DNA of 64,000 nucleotides. It comes from Hyaloraphidium curvatum SAG 235-1. Taxonomy: Eukaryota > Fungi > Monoblepharomycota. The position numbers were made by a program, and so were the translations under genes. The stretch is from contig JAIVFI010000007.1 of the NCBI GenBank assembly GCA_025558095.1, positions 372,001-436,000 on the forward strand, given 5' to 3'. The notes below the pieces were generated by a model. The model was not told the origin of the DNA and did not search any database. It worked only from the letters and a program-made list of their open reading frames with translations. Shown here one piece after another: positions 9,801 to 19,284 of this stretch (within the stretch, counting starts at the first letter, position 1; every line of letters begins with the position of its first letter).

Positions 9801-12532
9801 TCGCCAGCAGCCGCGCCGGCTCCTCCTGTTCAAACTCGGCCCACCGTCTCCGTTCCCGCCGCAGCTCATGTGCCCGCCGGTCTTGCTGCTTTCGAAGTGG
9901 ATGTTTCGTTCCCTCGCGATGTTCCGATGGATCCCTACCCGCCGCTCTACACCGGTCCATGGCTGCCAAACGGCGATCCGGACCCGCCGTGCGACATGGC
10001 TGTCTTCGATGGTGGGCATTTTGCTCAGTGACGCACGGGTTCGGAGGCTGATCGGATCCTCACTTTTCCAGGCCAGAATCGGATTTGGCATGGGGGCATG
10101 GTCTACTACCTGCAGGCGACGGCCCAAGGGGACGAATCGGTCCCGATGGATTGGGAGCCCTCTTATTGTGCCAGCAGCAACCTTAACTTCACCACCATGC
10201 CTTCCGAGCCTCCGGCGGACTGCGGCATCCCCGCCGCGGTCCCGCCGGAACCCCCGCCCTTTTTCTCCTTCGTCGAACCACCAGCCTCGACTTCTCTCCC
10301 TGCCTCCATTCCCCCGGAACCGCCCCCGCATTGGGTGCACGACCCGTGCTCGTGCTGTCAAGATGCCGCCTGCAAGGCCGTGGACTGTGCGCCCAACGTG
10401 TTCGCGCCCCTGAGCTCGGGGCACAACGACCCTCCCTGCGCGACTGTCTCGCCCGGTGACTCGGTGCCCGAGACTTCTGTGCATCCATGCGCGGCCCTTC
10501 CTTTCCCCGACTTCTCGCCGCCACTTCCTTCCCCCTTCCTTTCTTGCTTCCCTCCCGAAGTCGTCGTTTGCGCGGTCGAACCGTCGCCGCCGACGGTAAC
10601 GGTCGAGGGCAAGTTCGCTGCCCCCGTACCTCCTCAGCTGGCCCCGACCCCGGTTCCGCTCCCGCCGCGTTCTGCCGAGCCGTTGCCGCGGCCCCCGGTC
10701 GACTTCAAGACTGGCATTCCCGTCTACTACCTCAGCCGCCCTGACCATGTGTCCGTGCTGGCACCCAATCTCCTGCACATGCCGACGCAGGCGGAAATGT
10801 TCGAGCGGGCCGAGCGCGGCGAGCCAGTGGAGGGCGGGGTCGTCGACGTGGATCCGAATCGCTGGTTTCTGGCTGTTGCCAACCGCCGCGTCGACGTGCG
10901 GCTCGTTGCCAAGAGCCTGAACCCCGGGCCGAACGGACGCTACGACTTCGCCAACAGTCATCTGCCGGGGACAACGGAGCGCATCACCGTGACCAATGCC
11001 GACGGCACCAAGTCGCACTACGTGCCGAAGCGGGCGAACCCGTCCAAGGCCGACGGTTCCGTCAGCTTCGGGAGGATCGTCGGCTTCCACCTAGAGCACT
11101 CCTGCTCCGATACTAAGCGGATCGCAAGGTCTTTCGGTCCGTCGCCGCCTGCCGCTGGAGCGTGCAGACACCACCCGCTCTGGGAGCCCAAGATCTCGGA
11201 GTTCAAGCCGCCGGCGCCCGATTCGCGCCCCAACGACGCTGCAAAGGCGGAGAAGCACGCTCGGCGCAACGTCGAACTGTTCCCGACCCCTGGCGGCTGC
11301 ACGGACGAGTTTGGTGCCAAGCTGTGGGGCGAGGTCGCTGGTGCCGGCCGTGCGGGGACCCCGGCGCTGCCGGAGCTCATCCTCGGTGTTCCGGCCAAGC
11401 TCGACCGCCGCCTGTGCGGCTACGACAAGGCGGCCGCGCGTCTGAATGCCACCAAGCGGACCACCATGCTGGACGTCAACGATTGCGAGGGCAACCCTGT
11501 GCAGAAGTCTCTCCACGATTTCGAGCGCGACCTGCCCTCTCAACGCACAACGAACAGTGCAGCCTTCTCGGACTACACGAGGGCGCTGCTGCCACAACTC
11601 GACCGCATCCTGGACGTCTACTGTTCCGGAGAACGGAGGTGGGCAAGCCAATCCCTGTGGCAACGACTTCGCTCACGCATCCTGCAGCCTGGATCGTGTG
11701 CGCACGATTCGCCGGCGCCGCGAGGTCCTCAGCTGGATCTGTCGCGACATGTGTCGCAACCCGTATTCGGGCAAGTACGATCCACAGACGACCATCGCAT
11801 ACGGCGCCGCGCGATTCGGCCATGCGAGCAAGGGCGGCCCGGCCTCCCGGATCGTTCGCTTCAGGGCGGAGCTGGCCAAGGCCGGGATCATGGTCTTGGT
11901 CAACGAGTACCTCACGTCCCAAATGTGCAGCTGGTGCGGCAGCCGCCGTGATCATCCGACTCGCCTGACGTCCTTTCCAGCTGCAAGACCACCTATGTCG
12001 TCGGAATCCGGAACCCCGGCTCCAAGGGCGAGGTGCGCGGGGTGAAATACTGTCCCCTCTGCCGCCGCTTCTGGATGCGCGACGTGAACAGTGTGCACTC
12101 CATGGAGCACCTCTTCTGGTTCGGCCTCATCACCGGAGGGGAGCGCCCCTGGCCGTTCAGGCCGGACACCAGGAAGCCGAAGCCGCAGCCCAAGCTCCGA
12201 GCTGGGACTGGTGCAGCGCCGCGCAAGTCCGCGGGTGAGCGCGCTCGCATTCGCGACGGTCATCCCGAGCGTCATCCCGAGCTGATCCGGGAGCTCCAGG
12301 TGCCGCCACAGGCCGCAAGCGTACGGCCGCAAGCGCCGCGAATGGGTCGGTCAAGAAGCTCAAGCCGGCAAGCTGACCTGGCCGCGGAAACAGTTACAAG
12401 TTGGCGTGCCATGCACCGCGTGGGCGCCATTGCATTTGCTTGATCGAGGTGGAGTCCGTCAGGGACCGCCTTTTATTCGCAGGCTCGATGATGAACATTG
12501 CTGCTAGGCCGCAAAGGATTGCGGCACAGGGG
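3845..12532 (+). mobile_element. IS630/Tc1/mariner-Fanzor element or domesticated derivative (ends uncertain)
   Basis: Transposase and Fanzor domains lie between host genes MCM10 and TauD. Boundaries are taken tentatively from the flanking GCACAGTAGC direct repeat. No clean TA-flanked TIRs were found. Confidence 0.55.
4071..12376 (+). CDS. Spliced ~2,650-aa fusion: IS630/Tc1/mariner DDE transposase + large unknown middle + Fanzor1 (TnpB-like) RuvC/Zn-finger module
   Basis: Six GT-AG introns (6387-6443, 7016-7081, 10012-10071, 11639-11687, 11934-11980, 12235-12299), each with a branch-like CTGAC/CTGAT/CTCAC/CTGAA, give one open frame ending at TGA 12374-12376. DDE triad: LDESSF (D 4500), LDNAGFH (D 4767), SPEFNPTE (E 4938). 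Fanzor motifs: IAYGAARF, VNEYLTSQMCSCC, CPLC, WMRDVNS, GGERPWPF. Confidence 0.8.
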
Positions 12533-12552
12533 GCACAGTAGCAGTTTCTGAG
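12377..12552 (+). ncRNA. Candidate Fanzor omega-RNA (scaffold + guide)
   Basis: Directly 3' of the Fanzor stop. Hairpin 12402-12429 (TGGCGT-G-CCATGC/acc/GCGTGG-GCGCCA, with G-U pairs) and a perfect 7-bp hairpin GCCGCAA-agga-TTGCGGC at 12508-12525. Position fits known TnpB/Fanzor omega-RNAs; expression not shown. Confidence 0.4.
12530..12551 (+). repeat. Right copy of the imperfect direct repeat flanking the Fanzor locus
   Basis: Core GCACAGTAGC at 12533-12542, just after the 12508-12525 hairpin. Confidence 0.45.
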
Positions 12553-12773
12553 AGTGTAGCTATGGCCAACTTCGTCGCCACCACCCCATCCCGGGAGACG
12601 AAGGCCAGCTTGCTTAACAACCACCCTCGCGGCAACTTGCCTGCTCAAAAGGCACCTCGCCCGGTCACGCTAGTGGCGGGGCCTTTGCATCGCGGGAGAC
12701 GACGCTTGTTCAACTGGACATCCGAACATTGCGGGAGACGAGGACTCCAGCTGCTTCTTCGCTGCTCGACGCC

Positions 12774-13720
12774 ATGTCGAAGTTCAACCACATCAAGATC
12801 AAGCGCATGGGCAGGCACCTGGGGGCGCTCGTAGAGGACATTGACCTGAAGGCAGTCCTCGCCGACACGTCTCCGCGCGCCAAGGAGGTCCGCTCCGAGA
12901 TCCGCCGTGCCTGGCTCGAGAACGGCGTCCTCTTCTTCCGCCGGCAGCCTCTGACGGAGGCGGAGTTTGTTTCCCTGGCGAATGTCTTCAACCCCGCCAT
13001 GAGGTGTGTAGCAGCACGACCAGGGGACCGTCAGTAGTAATACCAGTTCCGGCCTGTCGCAGGTACCCTTTCGTGCGGCCGATCTCGGAAGATTACCCTC
13101 AGACTATAGCTGTTAAGAAGCTGCCGCACGAGACGAATGCGTTCGGGAACATTTGGCACAGCGATACGAGTTACTTGGAGGAGCCACCGAGCGCCACCCT
13201 GCTGATCGCTAGGGAGCTGCCGCCGCACGGCTTGGGTGATACCTGCTTCGCTTCCCAGACAGCAGCCTACGAGGGCCTGTCACCGAAGTTGCGGCACATC
13301 CTGGAGCAGCTTGTGGCGGTCAACTCCTCGGCCAAGGCCGACGTGACCAAAACGCGCGAGGACAGGGTCGCCGAGGAGAACGCGGACACGAGCCGTCCGG
13401 CTCCGGAGAAGAAGGACTACGAGGCCCACCACCCCGCGGTCTGCACGCACCCGGAGACCGGGAAGCGCGTGCTGTACGTCAACGTTGCGCACACCGCGCG
13501 CTTCGACGGCATGACTGCGGAGGAATCCGAGCCGCTCCTGAACTTCCTGTTCCGGCACCAGGTCAAGGCCGAGTACTCGTTACGGTGGACCTGGGAGAGC
13601 CCAGGGGACATTGCGATCTGGGACAACCGGAGCGTGCAGCACTACCCGGTCAACGACTACCACGGCTACAAGCGCCTCATGCACCGGATCACCACCAAGG
13701 GCGAGCGGCCCCGCCTCTAG
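12774..13720 (+). CDS. TauD/TfdA family Fe(II)/2-oxoglutarate dioxygenase
   Basis: GVLFFRRQ, WHSD (HxD), HPAVCTHPETG, WDNRSVQH, RLMHR; intron 13004-13062. Confidence 0.92.
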
Positions 13721-14391
13721 GAGCTCGCCGGTCTCTTGAGCCTCATCTTGACGATCACGACGTCGGCCTCGCCTTCCCGCCGGAACTTGGCAGCCTTTGG
13801 GACCTTGGCGACCTCAAAGCCGCGCTCCCGAGCCACGTCCAGAAAATGCTGGACCACGAGTGGGTCCCGCTCCTCGTAAGCGATGTACGCGACGCTGCGC
13901 TGGTGGCAGGCGCGCAGGATAGCTCCCAGGAACGGTTCGACCAGTGTCATGGAAAAGAGTGTGTCGCTGGCAAGGATGAGGTCGTAAGGCCCGAGTGCCC
14001 ATACGTCGCTCCCCCGTACGTCTTCCGGAGGCAACCCGGACCACGTCCAGTCCAGCTCCTTCACGGTCGCCTTCATAACCTCGTTCAGATCCAGGTTGTA
14101 ACGTGCAAGCTCCACAACCTCCCCCGGCGCCGCCCCCGCGTCGCTCGTGTCCGTGCAGACCACCAGCTCGGCGCCCAGTTTTGCGCAGACCATGGCATTC
14201 AGACAAGCCGTGCCGCTGCCGAGCTCGAGTACCTTCTGGCCCTTGAGGTTCCCGAGAGTTTTGTGTAGGAACCGCGAAAGCACTCGGGCACCGTCCCAGA
14301 CCGTTGTGCCGTGGGCGAGGGAAGCATTCGACTGCCGGATCCTGAAGGACAGGCCATTCGCGACTTCGAAAACCTCTTCAAAGTCCGGCAT
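13717..14391 (-). CDS. METTL21/Methyltransf_16 protein-lysine methyltransferase
   Basis: HGTTVWDGA, VLELGSGT, ELDW, DLILASDTLF motifs. Confidence 0.88.
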   Translation of the reverse strand: MPDFEEVFEVANGLSFRIRQSNASLAHGTTVWDGARVLSRFLHKTLGNLKGQKVLELGSGTACLNAMVCAKLGAELVVCTDTSDAGAAPGEVVELARYNLDLNEVMKATVKELDWTWSGLPPEDVRGSDVWALGPYDLILASDTLFSMTLVEPFLGAILRACHQRSVAYIAYEERDPLVVQHFLDVARERGFEVAKVPKAAKFRREGEADVVIVKMRLKRPASS

Positions 14392-14468
14392 TCGGTCGTC
14401 GACGTCGCCAGCAGGTCGTCCAGGGAGAGACCGAAGGCAAGCCGTAAACAAACACGACGCTACCCGAG

Positions 14469-15503
14469 ATGCAGGCCACGCGAGCCCTGTCCGGGGTGGC
14501 CCTCCGCGCGCTTCCAGCGCGTGTATCAATAACGACTGCTCTCCGGCTTCCCGTCGTGCCGCCGTCTCGATTTCCTTCCGCGTCGAGGACGGAGTTTGGA
14601 CGCCACTTTGCCGCATCCCCGGAAACGCCGCCTCCGCCCAAGCCCGAGGCCCAGACGCCGGTCGACGGGCAGCAGGTGGACCCGGCAACATCCGCTCCGG
14701 CCGCGCGGTACCCGTGGCGCTTCAGCTTCGAGCCTCCCTACCCTCCCCCGCCCTCCTCCTTCTTCGCCCGGGTCGTGGCGCCGATCAAGGCCTCCCACTT
14801 CCTCTCCCTGGGCCTGCAGCGCGCCAAGCGGCACCTCCCCTCGCACCTCCGCGACGCGTTCCCCGCATCCCTGCTGGAGAACGACGCCCCCGCCCTCATC
14901 CGCTCCCTATTCGGCGCCCTGACCTCCCCCGACGCGACCGAGGAGGACTTCCACCGCGTCGCCTGCCCCCTCCTTGCCGACCGCCTCATCGAGGCCGCGT
15001 CCGAGGCGGAACAGTTGGGCCTGGACGTGCAGTTCGCCGTGCCCCCCGGCAGCCCGGCACCGGAGTCGCTCAAGGTGGTCGGGTACCGCTTCCTCTACGG
15101 CCCCCGCGACCCCGCCACGGGGGCGATACCCGAGACCCACACGAGGACGCCGTGGTTCAACGGGCTGGTGACGCTGATCGTGCCCAGGGAGGAGGCCGAG
15201 TTCAGGCACCACCAGCACCAGCGGGAGCTGGTGCTCGGCGCCATGGCCGAGGGCGGGGTGATCCACGTGGACGTCAAGGCGAGCAACTGGGCCGTGGGGA
15301 TGCGGGTCGCCGAGGGCGGGGCGCCGGGGTCCGAGGGGGCCGTGGTCGTCGAGGACCGCAAGGACGGGATCGTGTACACGTTCGAGAGCTCGCGGTTCGT
15401 TGCCGGGCCAAAGGGGCAGGAGTCGAAGCTGCTGGACGACGCGTGGGGGTGGCGCATCTCGGACATCGACTTTATCCTCACACAGGAGCAGAAGGAGATG
15501 TAA
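14469..15503 (+). CDS. Hypothetical protein, probably mitochondrial (Tim44/NTF2-like C-terminus possible)
   Basis: 344-aa ORF with an Arg/Ser/Ala-rich presequence-like N-terminus; ends in YTFES..WRISDID. Confidence 0.55.
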   Translation: MQATRALSGVALRALPARVSITTALRLPVVPPSRFPSASRTEFGRHFAASPETPPPPKPEAQTPVDGQQVDPATSAPAARYPWRFSFEPPYPPPPSSFFARVVAPIKASHFLSLGLQRAKRHLPSHLRDAFPASLLENDAPALIRSLFGALTSPDATEEDFHRVACPLLADRLIEAASEAEQLGLDVQFAVPPGSPAPESLKVVGYRFLYGPRDPATGAIPETHTRTPWFNGLVTLIVPREEAEFRHHQHQRELVLGAMAEGGVIHVDVKASNWAVGMRVAEGGAPGSEGAVVVEDRKDGIVYTFESSRFVAGPKGQESKLLDDAWGWRISDIDFILTQEQKEM

Positions 15504-15512
15504 TCGCGGCCG

Positions 15513-16487
15513 TCAATACGTTTGGTTGAGCCAATGGAGGAGATCCGTCCGGTTCATATCCCGCTCCTTGTCGTCGCGCGTCTTGTTGACCTTCATCTTG
15601 ATCTTCTTCCCGGTGATGGCCGAGCGGCGAACCTCGTACTCGGACGACGACTCGCTGCTTGACCGACTCTTTTTCGATTTCCGGCGCTGTGAGGCAAGAG
15701 ATTTTCAGCTTTTAGCTGCTTTCTGAGCCGAGACGTCGATACCCACGTCCTTGTCTTTCCGTTTGCTTTTGCTCTTTTCCTTCCGGTCCTTGGACGACTT
15801 CTTGCTCTTGCGGCGCTTCTTCGACCGCGAATCTGTTCCAAAAAGCGTTGGAAAGGGAGGCGGTCTGCAACACGCCGCCGCTGACCGTCGGAGGACTCGG
15901 AGCTGGAACTCGAGGAGGATCCCGAGCTGTCGGCCGACCGCGACCGGCCCTTTTCCCGGTCCTTCGACCTCGATCTGCGCCGCTTCTTCCTGTCCCGGTC
16001 GCGATCCCGCGATCTCGAGCGATCCCGCCTGGATTCGCGGCCCTCGTCTGCTACTCGAGTCCACCGAGGGGCAGGTTGCCGTGCTCCCCCGAAACACGAG
16101 TCCGACAGCCGCCCGACCGCGGATCCCGGGAGCCACCCGATTCCACCCCGATGCCGTGATCAGTCAGTTATCCAGAAGGGGGAGAGGACAGCCAGTGTTA
16201 TCCAACTGTGGGGCTGCGGGACGGGCCGCGGTACCTCTGTCGTCCCTGGCCCGGTCCTTGCGGCCCTCCGAGGCGTCGCGCGAATCGCGCCCACGGTGCC
16301 CGCGGTCCCTTGCCGAGTCCGGCGAGCGGCTGCGGCGCCGCGTGCCCGCGGTGGGCGACCTCGAACGCGTGCCGCCGCCGTCGCGGGCGTCCCCCCGCCG
16401 GTCTCTCTCGGCCTCCCGCGAGCGCGAGCGCGACCGGTGCCGCGAGCCCGGCGGCCTCTCCGACTCCCTCTCGCGCGAGTCGCTCAT
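15513..16487 (-). CDS. RS/K-rich nuclear protein (multi-exon)
   Basis: MSDSRERE..RSRSRS start, Lys-rich middle, ordered C-terminus RRSAITGKKIKMKVNKTRDDKERDMNRTDLLHWLNQTY*. Confidence 0.6.
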
Positions 16488-16622
16488 CGCGGTGCACGGT
16501 GCAGGGGGCAGATTGCTTGATTGGCGCGAACCATCACGACGTGTCACACCCTCTCCTCGTTCCCACTGCCGCTGCCCTGCCGCCGGCCATTCGCGCTCCG
16601 CAGCGCGCGCACGCGATCCGGC

Positions 16623-18151
16623 ATGGGCGAACTGCGCGGCGCGGGCGCGCGGGCGAGGAGACGCCCGGGCCTGCCGCGGACGTGGCTCCTCCTTGCCCTG
16701 CTCCTTGTCCTCCTCCTGCTGGCCGAGGCCGAGGCCGGCCGCGACTTCTACGGCATCCTCGGCCTGCCGCGCGATGCGTCGCAGCGCCAGATAAAGAAGG
16801 CGTACAAGGACCTGTCGCGGAAATGGCACCCGGACAAGAACCCGACGAACAAGGAGGAGGCAGAGGCAAAGTTCGTCGAAATCACACAAGGTGGGCTGCC
16901 GAGCGGCACGTAACTGCTGCGTGCGTGCTAAGTGCCATCTGTCACCCTTGGATCAGCCTACGAGGTGCTGAACGACGAGGAGAAGAGGAGGATTTACGAC
17001 CGCTACGGCGAGGAGGGCCTCTCGAACGACCAGCGGGGCGGCGGCGGTTTCCACAACCCGTTCGACATCTTTTCTCAGTGCGTGGACCTCCGGAATGGCT
17101 AGTGGGCCTCCTTGACCCCGTTGCCTGCTTCCAGGTTCTTTGGCGGCGGCGGTTTCCGGTCACAGGAGCCGATGGAGCAAAAGGGCCCCGACATCCACAT
17201 GGATCTGGACGTCACGCTGGAGGACCTTTACCTCGGGACGACGATTGACGTTAGTGCCGGTGGATTGAACCTCCGGCGTTGTGCTGATTATGTTGCGTGC
17301 AGGTCGAGCTCAACCGCCAGGGCATCTGCCCGAAATGCCGCGGTTCGGGAGCGAAAACTCCGAACGACGTTTCCAACTGCCACGTCTGCGGCGGCAGCGG
17401 CATGAGGATCATCCGCCAGCAGCTCGGGCCGGGAATCATCCAGCAGATGCAGACGACGTGAGGATCTCGGCCGTTGGCGGCACGTCCGGAAGAACCTGAC
17501 GCCGTCGATCCAGGTGCGACAACTGCGGGGGCAAGGGTCGGATCGTCAAGGCCAAGTGCCCGCACTGCAAGGGCACCAAGGTCACCCGCGAGTCGCGGCA
17601 GATCTCGATCGTCATCGAGCGCGGCATGCCCAACGGCCACAAGGTCGTCTTCGAGCGCGAGGGCGACGCCTCGCCGGACGTGACGCCCGGGGACGTCATC
17701 TTCCACCTCAACGCCGCGCCGCACCCCGTCTTCCTCCGGAACGGGGACGACCTGCACGTCAAGCAGACGATCGGGCTCAAGGCCGCGCTGCTCGGGTTCA
17801 AAAAGACCCTGAAGCACCTCGACGGCCGGAACGTCGTGCTCGAGCGACATAACGTGACGCAGCCGGGTGGGTGCCGCGCCTCGAGTTCCCGATCGACCGT
17901 CGGCGCTGACGCTGGTTGGCCAGGCTTCGTCCAAACTATACCCAACGAGGGCATGCCCCACCACCAATACCCCTCCGAGGCAGGGAAGCTGTTCGTCGAG
18001 TACAGCGTCCTGCTGCCGGCGACGCTGACGGACGAGCAGAGGGACCGTGGGTGTTTCAGCGCACCGCCGATCGGTCCCCGGCTGACCGCTCCCGCCCGTT
18101 ACAGTGCTCAAGAAGGTCTTTGCGAAAAAGTCCGAGCACGACGAGCTCTGA
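16623..18151 (+). CDS. SCJ1: ER-lumenal type I DnaJ/Hsp40 (Scj1-like)
   Basis: Signal peptide, J domain with HPD, CxxCxGxG repeats, C-terminal KSEHDEL*; several short introns. Confidence 0.9.
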
Positions 18152-18215
18152 TCACAATAGAGATGGAATCGAAACGACGAGGCGAGGTCTTCCCGCCGAT
18201 CACGTTGCCTCGACA

Positions 18216-19214
18216 ATGTCAAACGCGTCCCGCTCAACGCGCTATTCCGGCTTCGGCGACGCGTGGGACGATGAGTCGGCTCCCGTCAGACGCGCGGCAA
18301 AGATGCCTCCGGCCTCGGATTGGTTCACGGAGAGCTTCGCCGCGCTCGCAGTCGGCCCGACCAAGGGAGACAGGAAGGAGCGCTTCGAGCGGCCCGTGCC
18401 CCAGGACTACGTGCACGTCTCACGCCAGCTCGGCGTGACGGACACGGTCCCCCGGAACTACGATCTGCGGCGGGCCGAGGTGCAGGAGCGCTTCCGCGCC
18501 GAGATCCGCGCGGACCTGGACCGCGCGACCCCGGAGGGACGCCGGGACGCGCTGGCGGCCGCCGTCGTGGGCTACCGCAAGCTGCGCGAGGGCATCGTGT
18601 CGAGCGGGAGGCTGGACGCGTTCGCGGTGGAGGCATACGAGGAGTCCGTGGGCGCGGCGAGGGAGGCCGAGGACTGGGACGAGATGAAGCGGTCGCTGCA
18701 GCACCTCGTCTACGAGATCTATCCCGGCGTGGGGCCGCAGTTCCAGGGTGGTTGGCCAAAGCATGCCAAGCTGCTGCTGCTGTTTTTCATCTGTTTTGCG
18801 GTGGCGCAGGCGCCGCCCGAGGGCAAGGTCTTCCTGCACGGCAGCGTCCTCGAGATCTGGACCGTGCTGAAGCGCCTCCCGAGGCACGTCGTGGAATCGG
18901 AGGACGTTCGATGGGCTTTGAGGCTGCTTTCGCTGCTGCGGTTCGTGGACTACGCGCGGTTCGCCGCCGCCGTGGCATCGGCGGCGCCGGACGAGCTGTC
19001 GTTGATCTCTTTTGTGCTCGGCCGGTATCGGATACGTGTCGCGGCCATCCTGCACAAGGCGTACTATACGATGCCTGCGAATCTGGTCGCCCGGTACCTC
19101 CTTTTTGACGATGTGGGCGAAACTGCCCAGTTTCTGGCTGCGAGATACCCGGCCTCGCGCGTAGCGGACGGGATTGTATCCTTGCGGCCGCTGTCGATGC
19201 CGAAGAAGAGTTGA
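18216..19214 (+). CDS. SAC3/GANP/THP3-like PCI-domain protein
   Basis: YRKLREGIV..FAVEAYE and RIRVAAILHKAYYT winged-helix pattern. Confidence 0.65.
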   Translation: MSNASRSTRYSGFGDAWDDESAPVRRAAKMPPASDWFTESFAALAVGPTKGDRKERFERPVPQDYVHVSRQLGVTDTVPRNYDLRRAEVQERFRAEIRADLDRATPEGRRDALAAAVVGYRKLREGIVSSGRLDAFAVEAYEESVGAAREAEDWDEMKRSLQHLVYEIYPGVGPQFQGGWPKHAKLLLLFFICFAVAQAPPEGKVFLHGSVLEIWTVLKRLPRHVVESEDVRWALRLLSLLRFVDYARFAAAVASAAPDELSLISFVLGRYRIRVAAILHKAYYTMPANLVARYLLFDDVGETAQFLAARYPASRVADGIVSLRPLSMPKKS

Positions 19215-19284
19215 CGATCTTCAAACCCATAAAAGATCTACAGTGTCCACTTTCCCTTTCCCTCTCTCTCCCCCCGGCCACCCA

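Noticed and set aside
12259-12282. Tandem GTCATCCCGAGC x2 as a mini CRISPR-like or guide array
   Set aside because: Only two adjacent copies with no spacer, lying inside the predicted last intron.
11446-12443. Apparent frameshifted (pseudogenised) TnpB/Fanzor
   Set aside because: Both frame changes are explained exactly by canonical 49-nt and 47-nt introns with branch sites.
3841-12562. TA-flanked perfect TIRs expected for Tc1/mariner
   Set aside because: The TA dinucleotides I checked near both ends gave no matching inverted termini.
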